From: Antedon mediterranea
Taxonomy: Eukaryota > Animalia > Echinodermata
Assembly: GCF_964355755.1 (NCBI RefSeq)
Contig: NC_092674.1
Coordinates: 2,232,001-2,296,000 of the forward strand
Length of the DNA: 64,000 nucleotides
Direction: 5' to 3'
Each line of letters begins with the position of its first letter. Position 1 is the first letter of the stretch. The translations under genes and the position numbers were made by a program. Positions 47,401 through 61,999 of the stretch are shown in pieces. A model generated the notes under the pieces. It saw only the letters and a list, made by a program, of their open reading frames with translations. It was not told the DNA's origin and did no database searches.

Positions 47401-49310
47401 ATTTATTATTTATAATATTCTGTACTGGATATATATATATATATATACAGCACACTTTTAATATCGCCCAAATAATATTTTGTAAAAATTATTAAACAAA
47501 CAAGAAACGCCTCCTTTACTTTACCGATGGTCGCCACCCAGACAAACAATTCTGAATATTCCTATGAATCGGGAATATGTATGAGGAACAAGTAAAAATA
47601 ATTTCAAACTAGAGAGACTACGTTGATGTCATGTGATTGTGTTTGTTACTTGTGTGCCATATTCCTGTTGAATTATTAATCCTGAAAAGTAACAACTAAC
47701 ATAAGTAGACTACATTATCCTTGATCATGTGACCACTTTCATTTTTGAATGATTTATTGCGCTATAACTGGCTATATTGAATATGTATATAAAATTGAAC
47801 TAGAATTTGTCATTTACTCTAAGTAAGATCTCATTATTTATGAATATAAGAATGTTCACAAAAACAAAATGTGTTTGTTTGTTTGAGGAGAAATATTGTT
47901 TTTAATATTTTAATTTGGTAATACAGTATTTTCTTTATGTTGCAGTACAAATATTTTTGAAATTGATAAAATTGTCATAAAATTTAAGAAACAAAGCAAA
48001 AATTTATTAAATATGGTAACTAATTTATGTACCACAGTATTTAATATTTTAATATTACAGCGTACAGTAGTAATAAACTGAGCTACAGTAGTGCATTAGT
48101 TACCGCTTCTTGTATGTTAATTGTTACACCTGTCAAATGTATGGATGTTACATCACAATTTACTGGTCGTGTTACGTAGCAGCATCGTATCCTAAAAGTT
48201 CAAATTCCATACAAGTTCGTTTAGCAATGTAACCCTGCTGAGGCATTCACTAGAAAAATGATGAGAGATAAATTAATAGTTTAAATGCAATATAGCATAT
48301 TAGCGATACATTAATTGAAAATTAAGATAATTCTGTTAACAAAAAAATATTTTTATGTTTTTATACAGCAACAAAACAAATTGACAATGTTATACCTTTG
48401 CGAATTAAAAAAACTATATTATTTAATTTATGTAATAAATTTGACAACTTTAGTAATTACACTATTGTTGTCTTTTATAATTTATAATCATATTTAATAT
48501 TTATAATCATCTTTGATAAATGTTAACATTGATAATCATATGAACTACTAAACTGCTATTAATATTATAGCAGGTACAGTGCTGTTAATAATTGACCTTT
48601 CTGGCAGAATGATTAATTGACCTTTGCAGTAAGTTATGAAGTATTGATTAACATGGTAGATGGACTGTATGATAGACTGAATGGCTCACAACTCATTGTG
48701 TACAAAATGTGCTGACTTTAAAAGTGACATGACCTATGAACTATTAGCCGAGAACATTATGTGTTTAATTCTTTAATTATTATAAAAGGATGATAGGAAT
48801 ACTGATATGCTTTATCCCGGTATAAACTTTGGAGAGTTTAGCAAATTCTAGTGCCAGTTGTCTTTCCTTGTTTCCGAGTGTGTTTAAAATACTCATATCT
48901 TGTACCCATTGCAGTACTAACATACTGTACCCTACAAAGTAGTGTACAGAGTACCTTTCTTGTGAACAAAGATAGCGCTAGTTTTATGACTTAAATTTGA
49001 ATAGAACTGACAGTACTACTACTAGTAGCTGTATTTACCAAAACCTATTCAATCTGAAATTTTATAAACCTCTTAAAACCCTGTGTAAAGATACAGTGTG
49101 CTGGTATAAGTGTTAATTGTGTGGTTTTTATTCTGTATTGTGTAAAGTCTTTGGTGTTTGCCTGACCTTGCATCATAGGATTTTCATTGATAGCTGAGGA
49201 TATTAGTAAAGGGATATGACTGAACTGTACTTATGCGTCTATTTCCTTGCAACAACAAGTGTTTTTTGTGCCTAAAAATACCGGTTTCTACTGTGTATGA
49301 TTCCAATGTA

Positions 49311-50158
49311 CCGTATATTTCGGTGTATAAGTCGCACCTGTGTATAAGACGCACCCCCAACTGAGAGTAAAATATCGGTATTTTTTATATCGTCGATGTA
49401 TAAGACGCACCTTATATTTCATCAAAACAATGTTTTTTTAAATTGTAATCAATATTATTGTAATTATATATTTTGTTATATCTACAACGGCGTCCTTTAT
49501 TTAGGTTTTTTCTTACCTAGGCTCGGCCGCGCCCAGCCTCAACAAGTTCTTTCTAACTTGTTATTCATGAGTTTCGCCGCAACATCGAGTGCATGACCGT
49601 GTGTGTAACACGCACGTGTGTGGGCTAGCCTCGCTCGATCATTTCGAGAGGGCGCACGTTTTCACGGACAATCGTATTCGATTAGTATCTATGTATCCGA
49701 GAAGTGTGTACGCTAGGTCCATGCTATAATCACCTGGAGAATATACTAGTCGAATACCGTACACCATGTGCCACCAAAAGAAGGGCTTGCGCTTGGGGTA
49801 CGGCGATCGTGCGTATAACTACTGTATAAATAAATACTATTCCAATCGTACGACGTAAACGTTTACAAATGAAATTTTATCGGAGCGCCATAATGAACAA
49901 ATCTTTTCATCATATTTAGTATAACATCATACTAAAATGACTTGAAAACTAGGCCTAGGCAGAAGCAGGTTGCCGTTACGTTAGTTAGTTACTGTAGCTA
50001 GGCCTAGCCTACTCAGGCCTAGCAAACGAGGTGACGATAGCCTAGGCCTATGTACAATTTGTGTGGTGAGGCATTTATGTTCGGTGTATAAGACGCACCC
50101 TTAATTTAGAGGTCAAATTTGCGTGTCAAAAGTGCGACTTATACACCGAAATATACGG
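49311..50158. mobile_element. Tc1/mariner-pogo-type non-autonomous element (848 bp)
   Basis: Perfect 27-bp TIR CCGTATATTTCGGTGTATAAGTCGCAC, TA on both sides, subterminal TGTATAAGACGCACC repeats, CpG-rich interior. Confidence 0.9.
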
Positions 50159-50316
50159 TACTGTTTGTTGTACTAGTGTACACCGCATAGTTGAGTTTCC
50201 TTCTCACGTTTATCGCAATTAACCTTGTGAACATGTGTTATTTTTCCGTATTTATTTTGTATGTTTAAAAAAAAAAATTGTATGTGTTTTTAGGAGGATA
50301 ATTTGTAGTGGAACTG

Positions 50317-50400
50317 TAGCTTGGTGGTTAACGTGCTTGCCTTCCAATCGCAAGGTCCAGGGTTCAATCCTGTCCTAGTGCCAGGGTTGTAACTCACGAC
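50317..50400 (+). mobile_element. tRNA-derived SINE head
   Basis: TAGCTTGGTGGTTAACGTGCTTGCCTTCCAATCGCAAGGTCCAGGGTTCAATCC: A and B boxes at tRNA spacing. Confidence 0.55.
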
Positions 50401-50676
50401 TCTTTTAACTTCACTCTCTCTAAGCCTCAAATAAGACTTAGGTTTTAAGTACGATTAATTATAAAAATAGTTTATCCATCCTGTAATTGGCGAGTTACTC
50501 GCTGTTTGATGTGTATGAAATTTTTAAAAATTAACTAAAAAACAGTTTTGACAAAATTTCGGTACTGTATTTGCGATTCATGATGTGTGAACATTAGTAG
50601 TATGGGCCAATTACTTGTTTGTATTTCATAACCATTAATTTCAATTTTACAATGACGAGCCAGTTTAATATATCTA

Positions 50677-50799
50677 GTCTACACTTTATATGACAAAAAA
50701 ATGTGATGTACCCATATATGGACATGATGATGTCATATCACTACCATATTTGGGCTTATCACTACCATATTTGGGATTATCACAGTTGTAGACATGGCT
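50677..50799. mobile_element. MITE family A, degenerate
   Basis: Family internal sequence with eroded TIRs. Confidence 0.7.
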
Positions 50800-53416
50800 T
50801 TAATTTAATGAAGATCTATATCGCCTGCTTCAGAGAAGCAAAACAATTAACGTAACTGTCACATGACTGAGTGAGTTAAGATGTAAACAAAACACCGTGA
50901 GGAAACATGATTCTCATATAACATGAATGTTTGATTATTCCATTGGTAATAATGTTTGTCAATCAATAGTGTTCTCAAATGATCTTAAAACATTAATGAA
51001 TTGATGTAGGCTTACTGTACGATGTACATTTATAATAGGCACTGTCGTTATGTCTATTAGTGTTACATCATAATTAGCTAATTCATGGACACGTTTAGAT
51101 TATTGAATTCAACCAATACACAGTAGGTAGTATACAAATTGTATATTCAGAATCATAACCATCATAAGTTTATATAACATCGGAGAATAGATTCATCAGG
51201 TTTGTTTTAACTTGGTTTGACAAAGTAATATTTATTATCTATAAATTTGTATATTACATAAAACAACTATGTATGTATGTATGTATGTATAATTCAAAAA
51301 CAAATATTTAAAATAAAGTTGTACACATACAGTACAATACATGTTTTAAAGCTATACTAGGTACTACAAGTGCTTACTATAGATTCATTGTATTAGGCAC
51401 TACTTATAAGACTACCATTTATTATTATCTAGTTTAAATATATTGTATATTGTACTCTATATTTAATTTATTACAAATTAATTTGAGTGTAGCTATTTTT
51501 AATTGGATAAAATCATCATTTTAACATTTATTCCAGATTGGTCACTCAGTTGCTAGCTGAAAATAATCAATAATGTATAATAACATGATGACGTTGAAGT
51601 GAACATAAATAAATTGTACCTACTTCTATTTGGAATATTTAAATTATGAACCAGAGGCAGGCTAATTATATATTATTAACATGTTCAATTGGTTTAAAAG
51701 GGATCTTCTTCATTGATTTCTGCCATCTCCTATGAATTAACAATATTATAATCCAAACTTTCAAGCCAATCCCTATTAATATATTAATCAAATGAATTAT
51801 TCAACATTTATTTATTATTGCTATTTTGCTTGATTCTTTATTATTACATTCAAATGTACATTGATATTATATTATTAATACCAGTAATTGTGTTCACCTT
51901 TGATTCATTTTCTCATCATTCTTGGTATAATGGATGTTACATGATTGATGGTGTAGAGAGGAAACAGTAAATATTCCCCATCCTCTTCCTCTTCCAAGCA
52001 GTAGCACAGGTGAAACCCTTTGATGTGCACTAACAGCTGATGATGTCAGCATCAATTGTATTATACTATCTACTACTTTGTATGAATACTAATTGTACCT
52101 AATGAATACATTTTTATTCATGAATATTAATTTTACCTAATAATGAATATATTTTTACCTATTTCATGAATATTAATTTTACCTGATGAATATCTTTTTA
52201 CCTTTTGAATAATTATAGTACTGAATATTAATTTTATCTAATAAATATTAATTTTACCTAATGAATATTATATTAACTTAAACTTATGAATATTAATTTG
52301 ATCTATTGAATATATTTCTTCTCATGTACAGTAGCTAAGCCTACTGAATTGTTGTTATGTAGTAGAGTAGTTTGTTGATGTGGCCTATGGACAGAATACC
52401 CCACCCAGAGAATCCTAAGATAGTTTAGTTCAAATATGCCATCTACATTTTGTCAGTCGCCATCTTTACTTATGTCATCTTCTGTACCTCAAGAAATTTG
52501 TCAATTTGTTATCTTATTTGCATTTTGCAATGACGTTATCTTGTGTACTTTAGCAATGACATGCAGGATAGAGTTATTAAGTGTTAGATTAAATGTGCAA
52601 GTTCTATAAAAAGAACAGAAAAAAAAAATCTTTTTATTACTAAATAACTACCACTGTTGTAAATATTTAGTAGGATTGGGTTGTATTTTGACATGGAGTA
52701 CATTTTAAAAGCTTGCTGGAGATTTATTGACATCGTAGATTCCCTAATGAGAAGTTAAAGTTTGTACTAAAAGTTTAGTGATGGGAAAGGTTGTAGATTG
52801 TGAGAACAGCAGCAACTATTGTAGTAACCTTTGTCCCAGTGAATTGTGGTTGGTGTACTTTGATCACTAACTGACCTGCATCTTTTAAATCATCTTGGGT
52901 TACCTGTACTTAGGCTACCCATCTCTCTCTGTGGTATACACTGTACTCCAGGGTTACCTGTACTTAGGCTACCCATCTCTCTCTGTGGTATACACTGCCA
53001 AAAAATTGTCAAGAGTTAGCCCTATTTTTTACCAAAACTTTACTTTAAATGCTAACGTGGGTCCAAGCCACGTCTACTTTTATGTTAACGTGGGTCCAAG
53101 CTGCGACTACTTTATAGTCTAACATTGGTCCATGTCATTCCTACTTTATGTGTACTGCATAGTGATTATTTCCCTCCTAAGCCTTTCTTTCATCATGGCT
53201 CAGAAGTATTCTACTATTATCAATAGATTGTCACACCATTCAACTACTGAATGAAATCCTGTTTGTTGGCTCCCATTCAACTTGTTTTTGTCATGTCATA
53301 CAGTTGAAGAATTTAACAAACAATGCATTTTACTTCCTGGTGCTGGTGCTGGTGCTGGTTGTTTTAATTATTTAAAAAAAATAAGCATCTAAATTAAAAT
53401 GCAAAGTGGACATAAA

Positions 53417-53605
53417 GCTCTATCTACACTATCAAACTTTATGTGATAAAAAATGTGATGTGCCCAAATATGGACATGATGATGTCATACCACTACCATA
53501 TTTGGGTATATCACTACCATATTTGGGTATATCACTACCATATTTGGGCATATCACTACCATATTTGGGAATATCACCACCATATTTGAGCATATCACTA
53601 CCATG
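53417..53605. mobile_element. MITE family A, left half ending in an expanded repeat array
   Basis: Left TIR followed by about 6 ATCACTACCATATTTGGGT/CAT units; right TIR absent. Confidence 0.8.
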
Positions 53606-54175
53606 ATATGAATATGAAGAATTTCACATAGTAATTGAAATGTTCTTCTTTTTGCAATTACAATTATTACATTGCTGTTCTTCATTGCTATTGCAATTTA
53701 CACCTTTCACACTGTAATGTAGTTCATGTAGTATTGTAACTAACATGGTAACAACTTTCTGTCACATGTATTAAATTATAAAATGATTTGTAATTTTATA
53801 TTACAAAAATACTGATTATAGCGACGACGTTACAACATTAAATCATACACATCTAGGACAAATGCATTTTCAGCTTTTATATCTAAAACTTATTATTATT
53901 ATAATTTAACTGTCTATTTATTGAGAAGAATGCAATCAGGTTGTTTTTATTCATTCACTGTATTCTCCCAGGGTTGTCCTTAAACGGACCCTGGATTTTT
54001 AAATATCATTTTACAAAATATTCTGTAATATTTTGATTACAAACAGAACTAAATATGACATTGGTATTTATCACAATAATTTACAGTAAATAATGTGCTG
54101 TGTGTTTGAGTTGGTTAGGTAAAGAATAAAATAAATTATATGTACACATAATTTGTACTGCACATTTTAGACTTA

Positions 54176-54945
54176 CAGTACAGAAAGAAATTACTGCTTC
54201 GTATTTACTCGTAGGTAGAACGTAGGTCATTGTTCTCTCCTACGATGTATTGTTTGTAGCCTACGATGTATTGTTTGTAGCCTATGATGTATTGTTCTCT
54301 CCTACGATGTATTGTTCGTAGCCTACGATGTATTGTTCTCTCCTACGATGTATTGTTCGTAGCCTACGATGTATTGTTCGTAGCCTACGATGTATTGTTC
54401 GTAGCCTATGATGTATTGTTATGAAATCTAGGCTACGCCTCGATCGTAGGGTGGTTCGTAGAGCATGGACAATGCAAACAAACAATGTATTTTTTTCTCG
54501 CCATCGTTTCTTGATGGGACTGGACGTTCGCTATATTATGTTTATTAGTTGGCCTGTTCGTCGCGGTTCACCTGTGTTGGATCGTGTCTCTCTCTACGTT
54601 ATACATCGTGGGAAATTTATATTTATATTCGCCGTTGAGTAGGTAAACACGCACGAAGGAAAAGATTACGATTACAAAATATTATTTATTTTTTATTAAT
54701 TTACAACTTTGTCCTCCGCCAGTTAAATTTAACACATTAATTTCACACCTTACTTCACTAAGAACATCGTAGGGTTGTTTATTTAGGTTACGAACTCCCT
54801 ACGAAGTTCAGAACGTAGCTCATTGAAAGTTGTTTATTGAGGTTACGAAGCCAAACAATGGAACCTACGAAGCCAACAACGTAGCCTACGTTCTATCTAC
54901 GAAGCTACTTCGTAGGTAAAGTTGCAGTATTTTCTTTCTGTACTG
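54176..54945. mobile_element. TA-flanked non-autonomous DNA transposon with internal 21-bp array
   Basis: TA|CAGTACAGAAAGAAATTACTGC ... GCAGTATTTTCTTTCTGTACTG|TA; CCTACGATGTATTGTTCGTAG repeated about 9 times at 54229-54420. Confidence 0.8.
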
Positions 54946-57555
54946 TATGCATATATTTTGTAGTTTTTGTAAAATATTATTATCTAGAATTAAAGTATTG
55001 TTTAAAAACATACATCATTAATTTCTAAGGTATTCCATTGGGCAAGTTGCATTTAAATTTAAACGTCATTATAATATGAATTGTCTCAAAAGCCGGTTAT
55101 ATTAATTGTCATTGTAATATATTTTGATATTGCACAATAAACAGTAGTTTCATTTGTGAACTGTGAAATTTCTGCTAGCAAATAATATTAGTAGAGTACA
55201 ATATGCGATGTGTTTGAAGAAGTAGAAAAAACCTTGTGTTTACCCTGTGATGTCATAAGCATACATCATCCTGTAGACTTGCTGTGCATACATTCAACAC
55301 CCACTAGCTCATTAAGATTTTTATTATGTCGTAAGAATTCAGTCTCTAATGACTAGAAAAATATTTTACCACAACAGCAGAAAAAAAGCAATACTCTTGG
55401 TAGCGTCAAGATGTTTTAAAAATGTGAAAGAGTGTTATTTTATTGAGCCAGGTATTTGTGATGTCATGTTTTATATTTTAAGAGCTTAGCAAATGGTGAG
55501 CCAATCGGATCACTTGAATCATTAAAATGTAGCATGATTCCGCCGCTGATGGGAACTCGAATTTTAAATGTAGCTTAGTGTTCGGAATTATGTCTTTTAA
55601 ATTATTTTGCACAATTAATCAATATTTTTTACTGGGAAAAAATGTTAAATGTTGTACTATTACACTTGTACACGTATTTATAATAAATTATACTTTTCTA
55701 CTTTTATTTATAAATAAAATACTTTATTATTATAAATAATTGAATATAAAAATAGTGCAGGTATTTCTGAAAAAAATCCGAAAATGGTTAAAACTAACTT
55801 CAGTATAAAGATTGGTTGATAAGTACCGTACTTTAGCCTGTAAATATTGTTTATTTGGTTTTGTTGTTCGCTAGTTAAAGGAAGATTAGGCCGCAGCTTT
55901 TTCTAGAATGCCGGTGTATACTGTAGTAAATAGCTTCACTTGAATTGTCCAAATTGTATTCAATCAGGAACAGCGTGTATTGTTTGACCAGGCTGTAGAA
56001 TTAGGTGAAGCAAGCAAACACAAAAGCTGATAAGTAGATCGTTGGATGAATTACTATTGCCTTCATGAATAGGATTACAAATACCTGAATTTACCTATCA
56101 ATTGGGTCAAAGGTTAACAGGTCACTAGGAGTAGGTTGACCCTCGTGAGGTGGTGGGTGAAATTACTAGTTTTACAGCTAAGTGCTTTTTACTAGCACCA
56201 CCAGTGGATCATGAAGTTTTGGTATTTTTGTCTGAAAACGGTTTCCCAAATTGTTTACTGTATCTGCTGTAGAACCATGACTAAATGCACTTTGGAATTG
56301 GAATATAAATAATTTTAGCCTTTGGTTTGGCTAGGTTTTTCCCAGTGTCGTTTTTTATTCATGCTAAAATAAAATGTATCCAACATACTGTATACACAGT
56401 GCATTTGCACAAATTGAGTAAAATTGTATGTTTGTTGAGAATCTAAATAGTTAGAATCTCACAATTTATATTTAGTTGGCCTCACCAAGATTTTATTTAT
56501 AATTTAGTTATACTGTATAAGCACATTTTCAATTAATTTTTATAACAATAATACTATGATTACAAACATACAGGTATAGTACAATAGTTCAGTACAGGTT
56601 TTAGGTGTTTATTTAAATTTGTAATTCATATAGTAGACGTTGTCCTTTCATTCATAAAATTATTGTATGTGGATGGTTACCGTGACGACAAGTATGCTGT
56701 CATAGTATTGACTTTAGCTGTGGTATTCTTATTCTTCAAGGATTTCTATTTGATATTTTGCGAAATTAATCAATGTTGATTATGAAGTCCATGTTTACAC
56801 AGGTTGTCATTTTAACAAGTAAAGTTTGGGTGTCAAATTACAATTTTGTCCAATTAATAATTGCTCAAGAAGGTATTAAAATTTGATGTTGTCATCTTAT
56901 TACACTTCCACCCATCAGTCACAAATTTCAGTCAAGTTGCAGTCATCAGTAATTAACAAATCTTATTTGCAAATATTAGTTGGATTATTACTACAAAAAA
57001 AATTATTTGATCATTTTAGTTTTTGTAGTGGAATAATTTAGCAAACATCACTGTACTGCTGAGCTCATTACAAATTCCACACTACTTCAATCAAATCATG
57101 AAAATTACATTATGAAGTTGGTGGCATACTTGAATATTGACCAAAAGCAATTATTTAATGAACTGAACATTTAGTTACACAGTACATGAAGATTTGTTTT
57201 ATTAGAATGCTGCTATTGATTATTGAAAATCACATCTGTGGTGTCCCACCTGCTTTTATTTTCAATTTGTTATTTTAGTTACTAATTCAATCACAGAATA
57301 TTTTATCTATGATATGGGTTTGCTGAATTTATTGTAAATATGATGAAAAAAATAATTTTCAAATTAAAATATTAATATTCTTCTTCCTGTTGGTTTATTT
57401 TTGTATTCAAAAAATATATTTTAATTGAATATATTGTCATTTTGTCTCGCATATTAATACATTGGGTTGTTGTGTATAGTAAATCGTAAGTTTTATGCTT
57501 AGTAATTATTATAGTACATTTCTATACCTCCATGATCTACTGTTGTATTTGATTA

Positions 57556-57890
57556 TAAGGCTTTCTTTAGTTGGCATCTCATTAATTATATCAAATGAAT
57601 ATTCATAGGCTTTCTTAGTATACGCCAATTGGCATCTCATTAATTATATCAAATGAATATGTATAGGCTTTCTTTAGTACACACTAATTGGCATCTCATT
57701 AATGATATCAAATGAATATTCATAGGCTTTCTTAGTACACACTAATTGGCATCTCATTAATGATATCAAATGAATATTCATAGGCTTTCTTAGTACACAC
57801 TAATTGGCATCTCATTAATGATATCAAATGAATATTCATAGGCTTTCTTAGTATACACCAATTGCCATCTCATTATTTCAAATGAATATA
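57556..57890. repeat. 58-bp tandem repeat, about 6 copies
   Basis: ATAGGCTTTCTTAGTACACACTAATTGGCATCTCATTAATGATATCAAATGAATATTC. Confidence 0.9.
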
Positions 57891-58581
57891 CATGACTTGA
57901 TATTATCTCAAGCATATCTCAAGTTTCCTCAAAATGCTAATAATAATACATCAGGTAAAAATACTGTCAGATTTGCTTTACTCTGTTTACAACTATCATC
58001 TTGAGGATTAATAATAACCCAACACATTAGTGTGGTAGTTAAGCTGTTCTTAACGAGGAGTAGAATGTAGTTAGCGGTCGTCCACTTGTACAACAATGAA
58101 CAAGATCTACGACAATGACTCAACTAAATTTTATTGACAATTTCTCTCGTTAGCTCTTAGTTATTTCAGATCTTAGGATCTGTATAGAATTAAAGGAATC
58201 CAGTATTATTTCTTTTAAACTAGTGTATATAGTAAAATGTATATAAAAATAAACAAAGGATAAATTAAAAAGTTGAAACCAATAGCAAAAATCCGATTTT
58301 TTAGTTATTTTTGTTCCACGGTAATGGTGCTCCGCCATCTTGGAAAAAAACCAGGAAGCTACGATCGGTGGTGGGGCGGAAGTCCCTTCATCCGGGATCT
58401 TCGTATACTTTGTACACGTGCGAATATCACTGTAGTGTCAGTTGACTGTATTTGTCCAGCTAATTTTCACCGTAATTTCTCGCTTTTTTCCCGTTTCTTC
58501 AAAGTTTTGCGTTTTATAGTGTATGCTGATTTTTTATTTATTAATTTAAACGGTAGTAACCGTGTACGTCCAGCAAAAATT

Positions 58582-61500
58582 ATGGTATTTTGTATGGCTT
58601 TCGGTTGCAGTAATGCATCAAGTAGGAAAGACAGGAAATCTACCAACAAAGTTAACGTCAGCTTTCATCGATTGCCTTTGCACAATAAAGATTTACTTCG
58701 TAAGTGGGTGGCATCTTTGAAGTTAGAGAATCCTCATGTAAATGTACATTCTCGAGTGTGTAGTGAACATTTTGAGAAAGATATGTTTGAAGACAATTCT
58801 GTGAAAGTGTCACTCGGTCGAAAACCAACAAGGCGATTAAAGCCGGACGCTGTACCAACACAGCTTGCTCATATCAAACCTGCCAGCGAAGCATCGAAAA
58901 GAAGACAAGATCGTCAAAAATTGATGGAACAAAAGCGATGGCCTAAAAAGGTAAGCTACGAAAATCTACAGCAAAATATAAATAATAATGCGCGGCTCTG
59001 TTGATAATTATAATTAAAATACTGTGTATTTATTAAACTATAAACAGGCTCTAGTTAGGCCTATAGATAGGCGAGAGGCCCTTCTCTTTCTTCTCCTCTA
59101 ACTAAACTAGGCGGCTAGCTGCTTTAGCCAGCACTGCCGTAGTAGGAGTAGGCCTAGACGGCTTGTGTATTCTGAGTTGATTGCCCTTAATTTTAAAGCT
59201 AGGCCTAGTGGTGTTAATTAGTTATGTTAAAAAATAACATCTTCCCACAAAACGAAATGAAAATATGTAGATATAAAATAAATTTCAACATTTTACTGTT
59301 TCATGAATGAAGTTGAGTTAAGGTGATAAAAATTACTCTTGGATCATCAGGTGCTACACTTGGCTTTTGTAACATCGAGTATTTTGTTCATGTCTTCATC
59401 AAGTCTAACATGCAGATTATGGTTAACTTATGCATTCATTTTCAGAAAGTTTTGGATATGGGCCAAGTGGAATTAGATGAAACATCAATACAAAGAGATT
59501 CGGTAGAAGTAATTCAGCCAGAGATTTTGTTTTCGGAAGGGTGTAAATGTGGACAAGTAACTAAGGTCAACTCATCAACACAAGTAAGTGTATACAAATA
59601 AGGCTCTTAATAAATAATGGAATGCAATGATTGTTACATATAGATGCTATTTTTTATCAAAATATTACAATTGTACATTCCAGACAGACACTTTCGCAGA
59701 TCCACTAAAGATCCAGCATGATCATAGTTATGTGAAGCTGTTTAAAAAAAAGCCCAAGTCTGTAGCCAAAACTCGCAAATGTCCATCGGCCTCAAGTACA
59801 GCCAGCATCCCACAAAACATACCACAAGTTCCAGAAGAAGAAGATTCAGAAGTAGATAATTCTGATAATGACAGTGATGAAGGTACTATTTATTCTTTTT
59901 ATGTTTACTATTTGTTCTGCAACTCAAAACTATGGGCACATTTACAATACATTTATTTGTTTATGACCAAGAAAGCTAAGATTTGAATGGTTTTTAAAAA
60001 AAAAGATGAGGTTTTTGTACTTGAAAATATCAAATAATTTTTTTCTATCTAACATGCCTTTTTCAGATGTTGATTCTGATAGCTCATATTCACCGAGCAG
60101 CTCTGATAGTGACTCTGAAACTAATACGGCTGAAAGAAAGAAGAGTGATGGAGTCTTCCTCGTCTATGAGTCGTCATTGGACCATCTTTTTAATACATGC
60201 CAAGAGTGTGGTAGTCTATTAGAAATACATAAACTGTACCGGGGAACAATGATTGTATTTGAATGGACATGTCACAACAATCACAGAGGAAGGTGGAAAT
60301 CACAACCACTTGTGCGAAACATGGCAAAGGGAAACCTTGAGTTAGCGGCATCGATTTTGTTTTCAGGTGGCACATACCAAAAAATGTTTGACATTGCAAC
60401 CACTATGAAACTACACATGCTTTCAGAAAAACATTTTTACAATATTCAGAGGTCTTACCTTTTCCCTGTAATAAATGATCTGTACAATGAAAACCATGGT
60501 ATATGGATAGATGCATTTCGCTACCAAGATATTTTCGTTGGTGGGGATGGGCGCAGTGACACGCCTGGCCATAGTGCTAAGTATTTGGGATATTCTCTGA
60601 TGGAGGAGAATAGTGAGCTCATTATTCATTTTGAGCTTGTCCAAGTATCGGAAGCGCCAGGCCAAGCTTCAACAAATATGGAGCGAGTCGGTTTCACAAG
60701 GGCAATTGACTACCTTCTAGAGGAAGATGTAAATGTCGTGGGAGTGACTACAGATAGACATGTCCAAATTGCAAGCGACATGAATAAGAACTACCCCGAA
60801 TTAAAACATGAGTTTGACATTTTTCATGTTGTTAAAAGCGTCACCAAGAAGCTTAGAGAAAAATCGAAGAAGAAAGGTTGCGAAGACCTTAGATTTTGGA
60901 TACCGTCCATAAAAAATCATCTGTGGTGGTGCTGTGCTTCCTGCAATGGCGATTATGCTGTAAGTTATATTAAAGCTGTTTTTTTATCACGATTTGTTTG
61001 TATATACTGTATTGAAGTACAGTATGTGTTGTACATTCTTATTGATTATTATGTTAACATTCATTTATGTTAATAGTTTTCATTTAATAGTTTATACTAT
61101 ATTTCACTTTTAGGACCTTAAGGACAAGTGGCTTTCTTTACTACAGCACGTCTGCAACATCCATGAATGGGCTAGTGCAGATAAATTCCACAAGTGCAGT
61201 CACGACCCACTATTGGAGGACATGCATGAAATTGAATGGCTGACACCAGGTAGCGATGCTCATGATGCACTTCGGGGTGTTGTTATGAACACTAAATTAC
61301 TAAAAGATATGCACAAGATGGCACTTTTTAAACACACAGGTATGTATGTAAAAAGATATATGAAATGTACTATTTTTGCTGTGGGATCATTCGAATAAAT
61401 TAAAGGCAAAAGAAGCCCTGCTATACTACATTCTTTAACATACAATAATAAACACTATAATATAACAATTTTTATAATAAAATTAATGCTTAACCTTCTT

Positions 61501-61999
61501 ACAGGATCGCTAGAGGTTTTTCATGGGATGTTGTTAAAATATTGTCCAAAGAGGGAACACTTCAGCTATGAAGGCATGAGAGCCCGTCATCAATTGGCAA
61601 TTATGGACCACAATGAGAATGTTGGTAGACAGCAAGCAACTACTGAGGAAGGTAAGTAGTTTTATAAAAGCTTCTTTAATTTGTTGATTAGTAATCTATA
61701 AAGACATATTTACAATGAGGAATAATTATGTGCATTTCCTAACAGGCACTCTTCGATTTGGACTGGCATTTCCCAAACGCAAGAAGCAGTGGGTATTGAA
61801 GAAAATTTATGTAGACAAAACCTTCGAATTTAGAAAGAGACTGATGGAAATGGTGTGTGACCGACGTGAAGATAGCGCTATAGTTCTAGGTCAACGTTAT
61901 GTAGACAGACCAGATCTTCCAACAAACATTGCTTCTTCTGAGAAACCAGAGAAAGAAGATGCGATTGAAGATTTTAGAACTAGGTTTCTGCTTTCATAG
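58582..61999 (+). CDS. Kolobok transposase: THAP zinc finger + DDE catalytic domain + H2CH motif, 7 exons, 741 aa
   Basis: Exons 58582-58950, 59446-59583, 59684-59882, 60067-60959, 61114-61339, 61505-61651, 61746-61999; all GT-AG, 2226 nt with no internal stop. THAP signature MVFCMAFGCSN..FHRLP..W..RVCSEHF..LKPDAVPT; DHSY HCF-1-binding-like motif; CQEC..C.NNH zinc motif; GDGRSDTPGHSAKY, TTDRH, FDIFH, HVCNIHEW..CSH, HTGSLEVFH..KYCPKR. Confidence 0.92.

Noticed and set aside
58273-58581. 103-aa N-terminal extension of the THAP ORF
   Set aside because: It begins at a non-ATG codon in the subterminal region. THAP domains are N-terminal and the ATG at 58582 fits.
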